Source of the DNA: Narcine bancroftii
Lineage: Eukaryota
DNA length: 64,000 nucleotides
Direction: 5' to 3'
Assembly (NCBI RefSeq): GCF_036971445.1
Contig: NC_091477.1
Location: 5,208,001-5,272,000, forward strand
The translations under genes were made by a program, and so were the position numbers. Numbering within the stretch: position 1 is the stretch's first letter; the number at the start of each line of letters is the position of its first letter. This document shows, piece by piece, positions 38,576-51,429 of the stretch. The notes beneath the pieces are model-generated. The model saw nothing but the letters and a program-made list of their open reading frames with translations. It ran no database searches and was not told the origin of the DNA.

Positions 38576-38726
38576 AATTGTGCAACTTTTAATGCAGCAA
38601 TATCCCGCGCAACTTTACATGCTTCCAGCTTTAAGAAATGAGCAGAACCCTTATTGGTCGAATAGCAATGAGTTCTTCTACCAATCGGGAACAGAGATGT
38701 GATGAGTGATCCGGACAGCCCCATTC
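38576..38726 (+). promoter_or_regulatory. Variable-exon 5 promoter module
   Basis: AATTGTGCAAC 38576; GCTTTAAGAA 38628-38637; ATTGG 38653; CCAAT 38681; GTGATCCGGACAGCCCCATTC 38706-38726. Confidence 0.85.
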
Positions 38727-38974
38727 ACGACACCGCCACAATCACGTAAGATCAGACACAGTGAAAACTGGATAGCAAGCAGCTCCGTGGGATTTTTTTT
38801 TACAGAAATTGCCTCACAACTGCAGGCACAATGCGACTATTTGAATGAAATAATTCGAGCGATTCGCACGAGGTACGGGTCTTTTTTTTTGTCGGGTTTG
38901 TTTCTACACTTTGTTGAAAGGACAACGAACAATACTGTCTGGAACCGAAACCACTGGAATGACTTCCACTGGAA

Positions 38975-41434
38975 ATGAGATATAACATATATTGGTTTCT
39001 AAAATGCCACGTATTGTGCTTAATGTTCTCTCCGTGGGTTCTTGTATCTGGGCAGATTCGTTATTCTGTCCCTGAAGAGCTGCAACCGAGAGCCTTTGTT
39101 GGGAATATTGCTGCCGATTTAGATATAGACGGAAAGCTGTTGTCTGCTCGCGGTATGCGGATAGCGCCCAGTTCAAGGAACCAGTATTTCGGCATACATT
39201 TGGAGAGTGGGATTTTATTTGTGAAGGAAATAATCGACAGGGAACAGCTTTGTGGATCGAATCTCGATTGCCGTTTATCATTTGATGTTGTGGTTGAAAA
39301 TCCATTGACCCTTTACCAGGTAGAAGTGGAAATTCTCGATGTTAATGACAATGCTCCCAGTTTCCCGAAAAGTCAGTTTCGTCTGGAAATCTATGAGTCT
39401 GCGGCACCAGGGATGCGATTTCCCCTTGAACGCGCACACGATCCGGACATTGGCAGCAACGCTTTGCAAACCTACGACCTCCAGCCGAACAAATATTTTA
39501 TTTTGGACCAGCAAACGAGCAGCTGGAAGGGCAGACGGCCGATATTGTCCCTACAGAGGTCCTTCGACAGAGAATCTGCACCAATCCACAATTTAACGCT
39601 AACAGCTAAAGACGGGGGTACACCTCCGAGATCAGGAACGGTTCAGATTATGGTCATTGTGCAGGATGTAAACGACAACTCTCCTGTCTTTTCTCAGTCC
39701 GTTTACAGGGTTAGTCTGTTCGAAAATGCACCAAAGGGAAGCCTGATCATCAGATTGAACGCTACTGATCTGGATGAGGGTGCAAATGGGGAGATAAGGT
39801 ACTTTCTGAGCAGCCACATTTCTACAACTGCCCGAAAGCTTTTTGATGTCAACCCAAAAACGGGCGAAATCAGACTCAAAGGGCATTTAGACTATGAAGA
39901 AAGCAGCGCCATTGAGATTAACATCCAAGCAGTAGATAAAGGTTCCGGTGCTATACCCCAGTACTGTGATGTATTGCTGGATATTATTGATGTGAATGAT
40001 AACGCGCCGGAGGTGACGTTTGGTTCTTTGTCAAAGACAGTTTCCGAAGACGCTACTCTTGGGACGGTAGTGGCTCTGTTCACTGCAGATGACAGAGATT
40101 CCGGACAAAATGGTGAGGTACATTGTCAACTTTTAGATCAGCTGCCCTTCAAACTAGATTCATCTCTAAAGAGATATTTCAAAATTATTGTACAACAGTC
40201 ACTGGATCGTGAAAGCAACCCCAAGTATGATATAACTATAACATGCACCGATTCTGGGAACCCTCCTCTCACTTCCAGAAAAACGTTTAGCATAGAAGTT
40301 TCAGATATAAATGATAATGCTCCAAAGTTTTCACGCTCGGAATACACAGCCAATATTCAAGAAAACAATGAGATTGGAGCATCCCTGCTTTCCATAACGG
40401 CTTTCGATCCAGATGTGGGTGGAAACGCCAAGCTGGGCTATTCTATCCTGCAGTCTCAAGTTGAGAATTCTTCAATAAACTCTTTTGTCTCAATGAATTC
40501 AGCCACTGGTGTCCTTTATGCTCAGAGAGTGTTTGACTATGAACAACTGAAACATTTCCAGATCCAAGTTGAAGTGCGAGACTCTGGCACGCCAACACTC
40601 AGCAGTAATGCTTCAGTGAATGTTGTGATCCTTGATCAGAATGACAATGCTCCCGTGATTAAACAGCCTGCTCCCGAACACGGATCCATAGCAACAGAAA
40701 CAGTATCCAGGTTGGCAGAACCTGGATATTTGGTTCTTAAGGTATCTGCCACTGACTCCGACGCTGGTCAGAATTCTCGACTCTCTTATCACATTTTTCA
40801 GGCGACCAGTCACAACCTTTTTACAATTTCTGCAGACAGTGGCGAAATTTGGATTATTCGTCGAATTCTGAGTAAGGAAGCCTCTTCTCAAAGGCTGGTG
40901 ATTGCCGTAAAAGATCATGGAATTCCCTCACTCTCTGCCACTATGACTGTAGTATTATCTCTGGTTGAGACTGGTAGTAAAACGTCCTCCAGTGTCAGCC
41001 AGTCTTCTGCCGATCCCAGGTTCAGGCCTGAACTGAGCTTTGTCTTGGTTATAGCTTTTGGATCCATATCTATCATGTTTCTCGCAATTGTAGTTATTCT
41101 CGCCATTAAAGTTCACAAAAACAGAAATGGTGTTGTATACCACCACCGTACCCTAAGTACTTGCTGTTGCTTTGAAACGGGAAATTCATTGGTTGGAATT
41201 CAAACCGCCAGCGAAAGCCTTCAGATACCATCAAATTATATTGAGGTATTTGGGGGTGACCCGCTCTCCCAAAGATTCCGCTATGAGTCTTGCTCGACAT
41301 TACAGTCTACCAAGAGAGGTTTCATCGTCCCCAACATACATAGAACCCCTGCAGACAAAAACTGTGTGGTGGGAGAAACTACTGCAGAAGAATCTGCTGG
41401 AATATTGATTTCTGAAAAATCCAATGTTCACGAG
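38975..41434 (+). CDS. Pcdh: Clustered protocadherin variable exon 5
   Basis: 822-aa ORF 38975..41443, six EC repeats, CGSNLDC, TM. Phase-0 donor GAG|GTGAGG after 41434 (820 codons). Confidence 0.95.
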
Positions 41435-41944
41435 GTGAGGTAATTTTAAAGCGAAAGGAAAATTATCATATTTGTAAACACGAGTATTTTGGCGAATTAC
41501 ATATATATATATAATTTTGGCGAATATATATGTACATACATTTGTTGTTATTTAAAGCAGTAACTATATTCTGGTTTCAAACGCTTAAGCTATCGCCGGG
41601 ATATTTAGGTGCATTTTAATCGGACTCATCAATACACCCAGCTGTCGAGCTATTAATAACTTGAACCTTCCATGTGAAAATCAATATTCTTATTCTTCGT
41701 ATCACGCGTGTTGTATTCGGTGTCTACGTTGTAGCTTCCTCTAAATTGGCAGGCATGAATACCCCATCCCTGTCACTTGGGAGCCCCACACTTTCTCTCG
41801 CTCTTCACTTTATTTTGGAATTTCACTCCCGCTCTAACTTTACGCATCTCCACAATTTCAACGAGGTCCAACAAAAGATGGTGAAACAACACACATTTTG
41901 TCTCTGTAGGGTAAACCCTCGTTACTAACGATAACCACGCTTTC

Positions 41945-42165
41945 CATGTCAAACAGAATGCTCTAGAAACTCAGCAGGTGAAGGAACATACATTATATGG
42001 CAAAGATAAGGATATATGAACAAGGTTTCAGATTGGAGCCCTTCATCTCCATAGAAAAGAAATGTTGGCAGGCGCCTGAATAGAATTGTAAGGGAGGGGC
42101 AGGGAGAGGAGCACAGTCCCACAGGCAAGTGGATAAGGGAGGAAGGGTACACCAGCAAACAAAGA
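41945..42165 (-). mobile_element. Penelope-like element terminal (pLTR-type) remnant
   Basis: Minus strand GATGAAGGGCTCCAATCTGAAAC ... CCTGCTGAGTTTCTAGAGCA, same family as 45590..45829. Confidence 0.55.
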
Positions 42166-43639
42166 TGGTGATGGTGTTGATGGTGGGCGGGGGGGGGGGT
42201 AAATCCATCATAAAAGCAAGCAATAATTTCTCATTTTGTCTCTCCCCATCGACGTTGCCTGATTTGCTTAGTAAATACAACAATCGCCTTCGAGATTTCG
42301 AGAAACCTGTTTTTCACAGGTCCATAATAATTTTTCTCACTAACCATCCTCATTCATTTCCACACAAGGCTGCAGACCTCCATTTGCCAGCACTGAAAAC
42401 CATGTCGCATTGACTATTTGGTTTTCTACCCTATCACCGAGATTATTGTAATTTGTTCTTTTCTGAATCTCATGGTGGCATTGATCCAAAAGGTTGAATC
42501 CGCAGCGCCCTCCACACACCGTACATTGCCTTAAAAATTGAACATCTGCAATCTTTCGTACCTTTTTTGACTTTGATGTCATTGGGTTAAATCTCATTAT
42601 AGAAACGTGTAACAAAATGCCAAATCTTATCCTGTCTTCTTCTATGCGAGATAATGCTTCGATACAAAATTTTTTACTTTGAATGAACATTATATCATAT
42701 TTACACACCTTCGAGGATAACCAGAAGTGTTAAAAATGTTGAATAAAATTACTAACAAATCAGCATTTTTAAAAATAAATCTGGCATTATTATGCTGTTG
42801 TCTGGGATACTGAGTTTGCACAATGTACGTGCTTTATTACGTACATTGAAGCAGCAATACCACCTCAAATATGTTTTAATATATGAAAACTGTACTATCT
42901 TTTCTTGACAGAAGCATCAAAATGCAAGCGGCACCCTGTAGTTCAAATACATAGGTTATAGTCGTCTACAATGTGAAACTTTGGATATCCTTGCGTAAAA
43001 CGTTGCGCATACCGATTATCATGCAACAATAGAAGCATATATGACCTTCGGTGGAAATATTTTAACTGTTTTGAGTGCTACCTTTAACACTCCACTATCC
43101 GAACGTTTCTCCGTGCCAGACGATGGAAAATTAAATGAAAAATTTTGCAATCCTGTCTTGGAAGTAGCTAACTGAGACAGAACTTTTTATTAATACCTAG
43201 ATATAATTGACGTTGAGAAACTGGCAGTGAGTGAACTTGTTAGCCCGTCATGATCTGTAAGTGCTCACACCCACATTCCTTGGAGTGAATACAATAGTTT
43301 TCACTCAGGAGAAATAAAGGAATAACGGTGTATTATCAGACTAGGTAAATGGGGGCATGTTGCTGGTTGTATAGAAACTCCATTGTTACCGGTACACTGG
43401 TGATAGAGGCACTCAACATGTTCTCCTGAAGTTTTATATTGTGGTGCATTCTGGGAGAAACATCTAAGAATACAACTCTAATTCGTGCAGAACATTAGAT
43501 TTCTCCAAGTGATATTGAAGCTATATATTAAACAAAAATGAATTGTATCAAAATGAAGTAGATATATCCTCCTTCCCATACATCAATGGCCGGGAAATTA
43601 ATAAAGAACGTTTTACACACGTTTGGAGAAGTATAGATT

Positions 43640-44200
43640 TATTTGAGGGGATGCTCAGCATGTCTTTTTGTGGGATACCTCGTGTTGGATTCGGGGTTTG
43701 AGCAAATGGCGAAGGTAACTGATGATGATAGAGCAGCGAATGTTGTCTACGTCGACTTCTGTAAAACAAAAGATATTTCGCTGCTGGTTGATAGAGAAGA
43801 CAAAGTCAGATGGGATCCACAATGATTTGGAAAAAGTGGATCAAATATCAAGGTTGAAGAAGACCAAGGACAGTAGTCGGGATGTTATTTAGGCTGAAGG
43901 TCTATGGTTTGTGTGTTTCACAGAGATCAATGGTAGGACCCGCATTGTTTGTTATATTATGTAAATGATTTGATCGAAAAATGTAATTGGGCTGATCGAT
44001 GTTTACAGACGGAATAAGAATTAGTGAGTTTGCTAAATTCGGTTGTCATGTGGAGTTCAATCGAAACAGATGTGTCATTTTGCATTTAAAAGGCAAAATA
44101 CAAGAAGAATATAAAGTGACGATGGAGAGCATTAAAATAAAATGGTTCTTATTGTCGGGGTGGAGCCAAATCCATTATTCCATGAAAATAGGCAGTAGAT
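43640..44200 (+). mobile_element. CR1 LINE RT fragment, decayed
   Basis: ANVVYVDFCK, YVNDL, EFNRNRCVILH remnants. Confidence 0.65.
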
Positions 44201-44206
44201 GAACAG

Positions 44207-45200
44207 CAGAGTATCTACCACTGTCATGCTCAGGACTGGCGCGCCTCAGGGCTGCGTGCTCAGCCCGCTCTTGCTCAGATACTGACCCATGACTGCATCA
44301 TCAGATCCAGCTCCAATAGTGTTAACAAGTTTGCAGATGACATAACAGTAGTTGGTCTCATCAGAAACAATGAAGATTCACTACAAAGAAGAAATGGAAC
44401 ATCTCGTGAAATTGTTGGAGAATAACAACCCGAGTCTCAATGTGGATGAGATGAAAGAGATGATCGTGAACTTCAAGAGAACCAGGAACGACAGCCCTTC
44501 ACTACACACCAACAACTATATAGCTGAGAGAATGGACAGCACCAAACATAAGGTGACCTATCGTGGATATGCAACAGTGACTGCACTTCCTGAGTAGACT
44601 GAAGCTGGCAAAGCGACCGCCTTTATGTCAATCTTCTATAGGCGATCTATCGAGAGCGTCTTGGACGGCTGCATCACAGTGTGGATACATTTGCTGTAGA
44701 GAAATGGATCTGAAGTCATTCTACAGATCATAAGAGTGGCCGAGAGGATCAGTGGAGTCTCCACCCCCCCCCCCCCACCCCACCCCACCAACCCACATCG
44801 ACATGTTCCACCGGGACCTTTGTCTGAAAAGGGTGCGAAAAATCATTGAGGACCCCTTCCACCCTGCACACACCATCTTTCAGCTGCTCCCGTCGTGAAG
44901 AGATAAAGGAATATCAAAGCCAGCACCACAAGGCTGAGGAACAGCTGTTTTTTTCCACAGGAAGCGAGAATATTTAACGACCAAAAGAACTAGTCACACT
45001 GACCATCCGAGACACTCGTTTGTACAAAGCAAAATTTATTTATACTAGATATAATACTGGCCTTGCATTTTTTTGTCCTGTCTGTTTGGGTGTTATATCT
45101 GATTGTATGTCTGCATTTTTATTTGCACCAAGGACCTGAGAACGCTGTTCTGTCGGGTTGTACTTGTACAATCAGATGACAATAAACATGACTGGACTTT
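44207..45200 (+). mobile_element. Rex1/Babar-like LINE RT 3' portion
   Basis: TGAPQGCVLSPLL, THDC, KFADD, LNVDEMKEMIVNFKR, IIEDPFHPAH; GACAATAAACATGACT tail. Confidence 0.85.
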
Positions 45201-45589
45201 AATTTATTTTTTAAAAGGTTGCGCTGTTGCCGTTGTATGAAACGACGACAAAGCCAACAAAAACGTTTTACCCAAAGAATGCTAAGTGACTGGAATTGAC
45301 TGGCAGGGATGTGGATGGACCAGAAATAATCATAAATATTGAGGAGCCACTGACTCATGCACACGAGAAAGCCGCGAATGGAAAGAGATGAACTACGTGC
45401 ATTGAAATACAAATAGTCTTATATAGATGACCTGTTCCTGGGCTGTGTCAAGTTCACGTTCAAGTTAAAGACTACTTATCCAATTATAAAATTATAACTC
45501 GACGAAACAGCATTGTCCGGTCAAGGTGGAAAAAAACACACAGTACAAACACACATTCGACAAGCCATTCATGAGGGGATTTAAAACAT

Positions 45590-45829
45590 GAAAAACTGCA
45601 GACATTGAGAATGAAGTAAAATACAATGCTGGAGAAGGTCATCGGGTCAACCTGCGTACTTTATATAGTATAAATAAAGATCCATAACCAAAGCTTTTGG
45701 CTTGTGTACTTCATCAATGTATGAAACTTTGATATAGGGCTCCAGCCCAAACTGTTGTTTATGTATCTTTAACTTTTTTATATAAAGTACTGGTTAGCCT
45801 GCTGAGTTTCTCCAGCATTGTATTTTAAC
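45590..45829. repeat. Inverted-repeat (palindromic) Penelope-like terminal remnant
   Basis: GTAAAATACAATGCTGGAGAA...GTACTTTATATA pairs with TATATAAAGTAC...TTCTCCAGCATTGTATTTTAAC. Confidence 0.7.
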
Positions 45830-46130
45830 ATAACTGGATTTGCTCACTGTATGGAGCCGAAGTGGGCTGCTTGTCACCTTGTGCGCTGCTACTTTCCAAA
45901 TGAAATGCTCTAAATCACAAAGAAAACATTGTAAACTGACAAATGCAGTCTCCGACTTTGTGCCACAGCCTAATAATTCCTGTAGTTATTTAGTTTTGTG
46001 GTAAATAGTGATATTTACTTCGACATGAAATTTCCCGTACTCTCATGTCCGTTTTGCTCTTGTGCTCCTGGTTGTAGAGAACTATTTCTGAAGAAGTAGC
46101 CTCAGTAATTTCAACGCATGCTCTTTAGGA

Positions 46131-47183
46131 CAATGGTTCTCAACACTTTTTCCCATTCAACTACTACCTTAGGTCTTCTCTTTGACTAGGCTTCGCGGAT
46201 GAAGATTTATGGAGGGATAAATGTCCACGTCAGCTGCAGGCTCATTTGTGGCTGACAAGTCCGATGTGGGACAGGCAGACACGTTGCAGCGGTTGCAGGG
46301 GAAAATTGGTTGGTTGGGGTTGGGTGTTGGGTTTTTCCTCCTTTGTCTTTTGTCAGTGAGGTGGGCTCTGCGGTCTTCCTCAAAGGAGGTTGCTGCCCGC
46401 CAAACTGTGAGGCGCCAAGATGTACGGTTTGAGGCAATATCAGTGCACTGGCGGTGGTCAATGTGGCAGGCACCAAGAGATTTCTTTAGGCAGTCCTTGC
46501 ATCTCTTCTTTGGTGCACCTCTGTCTCGGTGGCCAGTGAAGAGCTCGCCATATAACACGATCTTGGGAAGGCGATGGTCCTCCATTCTGGAGAGGTGACC
46601 TACCCAGCGCAGTTGGATCTTCAGCAGCGTGGATTCGATGCTGTCGGCCTCTGCCAGCTCCAGTACTTCGATGTTGGTGATGAAGTCGCTCCAATGAATG
46701 TTGAGGATGGAGGGAGACAACGCTTCAAGGAGCCTTAGGTGATGCCGGTAGAGGACCCATGATTCGGAGCCGAACAGGAGTGTGGGTATGACAACGGCTC
46801 TGTATACGCTAATCTTTGTGAGGTTTTTCAGTTGGTTGTTTTTCCAGACTCTTTTGTGTAGTCTTCCAAAAGCGCTATTTGCCTTGGCGAGTCTGTTGTC
46901 TATCTCGTTGTTGATCCTTGCATCCGATGAAATGGTGCAGCCGAGATAGGTAAACTGGTTGACCGTTTTGAGTTTTGTGTGCCCGATGGAGATGTGGGGG
47001 GGCTGGTAGTCATGGTGGGGAGCTGGCTGATGGAGGACCTCAGTTTTCTTCAGGCTGACTTCCAGGCCAAACATTTTGGCAGTTTCCGCAAAACAGGACG
47101 TCAAGCGCCGAATCCCTTACTAACCACAGAGTAACTCTGGTTAAGGTCGTACGTGCACGGGGAAACCTTTTTTTAGAACCACT
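46131..47183. mobile_element. hAT MITE split by an RTE insertion (arms 46131-~46172 and ~47111-47183)
   Basis: CAATGGTTCTCAAC left end; AATCCCTTACTAACCACAGAG...AGAACCACTA right arm; imperfect 8-bp TSD CTTTAGGA/GTTTAGAA. Confidence 0.7.
46173..47110 (-). mobile_element. RTE-clade (BovB-like) LINE, 5'-truncated, RT C-terminal region
   Basis: 311-aa ORF 46169..47104 with FTYLGCTIS, RLAKANSAFGRLHKRVW, LRWVGHLSRM, LYGEL..G.R.RGAPKKR and a C-terminal CxxC remnant; typical RTE ORF end. Confidence 0.9.
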
Positions 47184-47289
47184 AGTTTAGAACCTAATAC
47201 GTTTTGGGTATTTTGAATTGAATTCAATCGTGCCATGTACAGTGAAACACATTTTTTGAATGCAATCCACACTTTAGTACATAGATTAA

Positions 47290-47551
47290 TTTTTATTTTA
47301 TTTTTAAATTTAGACTCACAGCACGGTAATAGGCCGTTTCGGCTCACGAGTCCGTTCCGCCCAATTACACCCAATTAACCCACAAGTCCGGTAAGTTTTG
47401 AACGGTGGAAGGAACCCGGAGCCCCCGGAGACACCGACGCAGACACGGGAAGAACGTAGAAACTCCTTACAAAGAGCGTGGGTTTCGAACCCATGTCCCG
47501 ATCGCTGGTGCTGTAATAGCGTTGCGCTAACCGCGACGATAACCCTGCCGC
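47290..47551 (-). mobile_element. tRNA-derived V-SINE (HE1-like)
   Basis: Minus strand has a tRNA-like head with B-box GGTTCGAAACCC, V-domain-like GTGTCTGCGTCGGTGTCTCCGGGGGCTCCGGGTTCCTTCCAC, LINE-derived tail and A-rich end. Confidence 0.8.
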
Positions 47552-47680
47552 TTATGTACTTTTAATCGTGATTTTGAAAAACCTTTCTTCATATTTGATC
47601 TATTGATTCCAGTTGTTCTTGAAACGTAGGGCTATCTTTCAAAAAAAAATTGAAAGGTCGAAACGGTTGAAATAAATTTC

Positions 47681-47820
47681 AATTGTGCACCAATAAAGGT
47701 GCGCATTGAAGCAGTTCTCGCTTTAAGAAATGATGTGTAATCTGATTGGTCAGCTATGACTGCTGCGCTGTCCACCAATCAGAAGTCTAGATGTGACCGG
47801 TGATCTGCACAGCCCCCTTC
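47681..47820 (+). promoter_or_regulatory. Variable-exon 6 promoter module with canonical CGCT-box CSE
   Basis: AATTGTGCAC 47681; GCTTTAAGAA 47720-47729; ATTGG 47745; CGCTGTCCACCAATC 47766-47780, resembling the vertebrate Pcdh conserved sequence element; GTGATCTGCACAGCCCCCTTC 47800-47820. Confidence 0.88.
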
Positions 47821-48052
47821 CATGCCCAGCCGCCATCACGTAAGATCAGACGCCTTGAAAACCCGACAGCCAGCAGCTGCGGAGGATTCCTGCAGGATTC
47901 GGCCCGCAACACGAAAAGAAATAAATGAAATTAGTCTCACAATTCGCAAGAAGGTACAGATATATTCAGCCTCGTATTTGTCCCTTTTAAAGGGAGTCGC
48001 TGTCAAAAGGCATTGTCTCGGGTTGAAACAAATGGAATGAATTCTCCTGGAA

Positions 48053-50515
48053 ATGAGAGATAATATACATTGGCTGGTGAAATACCAACTATTTGGCTGT
48101 TTATTCGGCCACTGGATTCTCGTTTCTGCACAGATTCGATATTCTGTTCCTGAGGAACTGCAAGCGGGTGCCTTTGTTGGGAATATCGCAATTGATTTGG
48201 GTTTGGGTCTGAAGCAGCTCTCGGCTCGCAGTTTGCGGGTGGCGCTCGGTCCGAGGAAACGGTATGTGGACGTGAATTTGGAAAATGGCCTTTTATTTGT
48301 GAATGAAAGAATTGACAGAGAACAACTTTGCGGCTCGAGCAACGATTGCGTTTTATCCTTAAGCGCTGTGCTTGAAGATCCCCTCAGCCTGCACCAAGTG
48401 GAAGTGGAGATTCTCGATGTAAATGACAACGCTCCCAGCTTCCCGAAAAGCCAGGTCCGCCTTGAAATCTCCGAGATCATGACGCCGGGAGCGCGATTCC
48501 CTCTCGAGGCCGCACGCGATCCGGACATTGGAACTAATTCCTTGCAGACCTACCAGCTCTTTCCGAATGAATATTTCATTGTTGATGTCCAAACACGCCA
48601 TGGAAAAGGAATGCTTCCCGTATTGGTTCTACAAAAACCTTTGGATAGAGAAACAATGCCAAACCACGAGTTAACGTTGCTCGCCGAGGACGGCGGAGTC
48701 CCTGTGAGATCGGGCAGGCTTCAGGTAACTATCGAAGTGCAGGATGCCAACGACAACATTCCTGTTTTCTCGCAGTCGGTTTATCGAGTGAGCCTGCTCG
48801 AATCATCTCCCACCGGTACACTGATCATTACGTTAAACGCCACTGACTTGGACGATGGAACCAATGGAGAGATAACGTACATGATCAGTAGCCATAGTTC
48901 TGAAAATGTTCCTGAATTATTTCGGATCGATTCTAAATCTGGCGAACTTCGACTGAAAAGGCGCTTGGACTATGAACAATGCAATTTTTTTGAGATTAAT
49001 GTGCAAGCAGTCGACAATGGCCCTTACGGAATTCCACAACACTGTGATGTTTTAGTTGATGTTATCGATGTGAATGATAACTCCCCTGAAATCACGCTGT
49101 CATCTTCAATAAATACAGTCTCTGAAGATGCTTCAGTCGGTACGATAGTGGCATTGCTCCGTGTAGAAGACAAAGATTCTGGAGAAAATGGTGAAGTGGT
49201 GTGTCAAATTCCAAGTGAAGTGCCGTTTAAACTGGATTCATCCATGGAAAAGTTTTCTCGTCTGATTTTACAGCATCTACTGGATCGCGAAACGACTTCA
49301 AGGTATGACATTACCATAACATGCACAGATGCAGGGAACCCCGCTTTAACATCCAGAGAAACGGTTCGTGTAGATATTTCAGATATAAATGACAACGCCC
49401 CAATGTTTACGCAACCTATGTACATGGTCAATGTCATGGAGAACAACGTTAGAGGCGCTTCAATCTTCTCTATGAGCGCATTTGATCAGGATGTAGGAGA
49501 AAACGCCCGTCTTAACTTTTCTATCCTGCCATCACTAGTTGAAAACTCCTCCATTGCCTCTTATATTACTATAAACTCAGAGAATGGAGTGTTATTTGCT
49601 CAGAGGTCTTTTGACTACGAACAATTAAAAGAATTTAAGGTTTACGTTCAAGTGCATGATTCTGGATTTCCACCGCTAACCAGTAACGCTTCAGTGCATG
49701 TTGCTATACTTGATCAGAATGACAATGCCCCGGTGATCGTGAACCCTTTGCTCAAATATGGATCAACAGCAACGGACACAATATCCAGATTTGCAGAACC
49801 TGGGAACTTAGTTATCAAGGTATCAGCCACTGACGCCGACGCCGGTCAGAATGCTCGACTGAATTACTTTATTTTTGAGGCCACTCACCCCAATCTGTTT
49901 ACGATTTCTACAGGCACAGGGGAAATTTGGACTATCCGTGGATTTGAGAGCAAAGATGCCTCTAAACAAAGGCTGGTGGTGGTCGTGAAAGATGATGGTA
50001 TTCCATCACTTTCAGGCACAGTAACCATTGTACTATCTGTGAAAGGAAGTGAAACATTCTCCAGTGCAACTAGTTTATCCAAAGATCGTGACTTCTCTCC
50101 TGATCTAAACTTTTACCTGGTCATAGCCTTGGGGACAACTTCGTTGATTTTTCTCGTGGTTTTAATGATCCTCGCTGTTAAAGTTCATAAAAGCAGAAAT
50201 TGCGTGGGACGACAATACAATTCTCCGACTCTTTGTTGGTGTTTCACAACAAGAAATCCTTTGACTGGAATCCAAAAGGCCAGTAGAAATCTCCAGATCC
50301 CACCGAATTATGTTGAGGTTTTCGGAGGGGATCCACTTTCTCAACGCTTCCGATATGAATCGTGTTCAACATTGCAGTCCGTCAAGGGAGACTTCCCGTC
50401 TCGACAAACGTGCGGGCAGTCCGCTGCTATGCAGTATGTCCAGAAAAAATATGTTGAGAATAAAAATGCAGGGACGACCAAGCTGGAAGAATCTAATTGC
50501 AGTGTAAACATTGAG
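48053..50515 (+). CDS. Pcdh: Clustered protocadherin variable exon 6
   Basis: 825-aa ORF 48053..50530, six EC repeats, CGSSNDC, TM. Phase-0 donor GAG|GTAAGG after 50515 (821 codons). Confidence 0.95.
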
Positions 50516-51429
50516 GTAAGGTACTGGTGAAAATAAGCAAAAGAGTTAAATATTTAATTTGGATGCGTAAATTAGGAAATTTGGCTAAATCTCTAAAATG
50601 ACACTGATAAAATGTGATCATTTTTGGTGCGCAGGCAACTTACAATCCACGTGTTCATTTTCTTTAGGTAGTTGTTTTACAAGGCATTGTACCCTTTTTA
50701 CGCTAAAATGTAAGTCCAAAACATTTTACACCGGCATTGTTAAATGCCACATTTCTCCATGTTTCGTTTGAAGTTGATAAGCCAACCACTGAAATATCTC
50801 TCTGTCGAGAGATATTTGCAAGCATTCAACTTAATAAGCATTTTTCAGTCAGTGTAGATATTTGATGTGAAAGCAGAGCAGGGTTCCAAGCAGGCGGTTA
50901 AAATCCCTTGGTAAGTTTCCTTCACAATATTTTCCACACAATCGTCCAAATTAGTTATTTTATATGCTGCTTTGTCAGATCATCCCAGATTGATCAATGT
51001 ACATTTTATTGCAAAAGTAAAGAAAACCTGCAGATACTGGAAAATGAAATATCAGAGGAAAATGCTGGCAAATACTCAAAAAGATTATCATAACATGGAG
51101 AGAGGGACAAGTGGAAGCATTTCACGGTGATGAACAGATCACATTGGGTTGAAAAGTTTTCAATCTGAAACGGTAACAATAGTCCATAACAAACTTTGAA
51201 TAACTCCTGTGAATTTAAACCATCACGGGAGGGAACGATCGTATTTATTGTCACAGCATATACATGACATCACATACAACCCTGAGATTCTTTTTCCCGC
51301 GTTGGAAGCAGAATTACCACTTCAGCAGACATATACCGAGCAAACTATGATCAAAGAAATCCAGATACTTATAATGGGTGTGTTGACGAATAAGACAAAA
51401 ATTAATAGGTTATTGATATTTGCTCTTGA

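Noticed and set aside
47470-47551. tRNA-like sequence with B-box (also ~52420)
   Set aside because: It is the head of a SINE, continuing into a V-domain and LINE-derived tail; not a tRNA gene.
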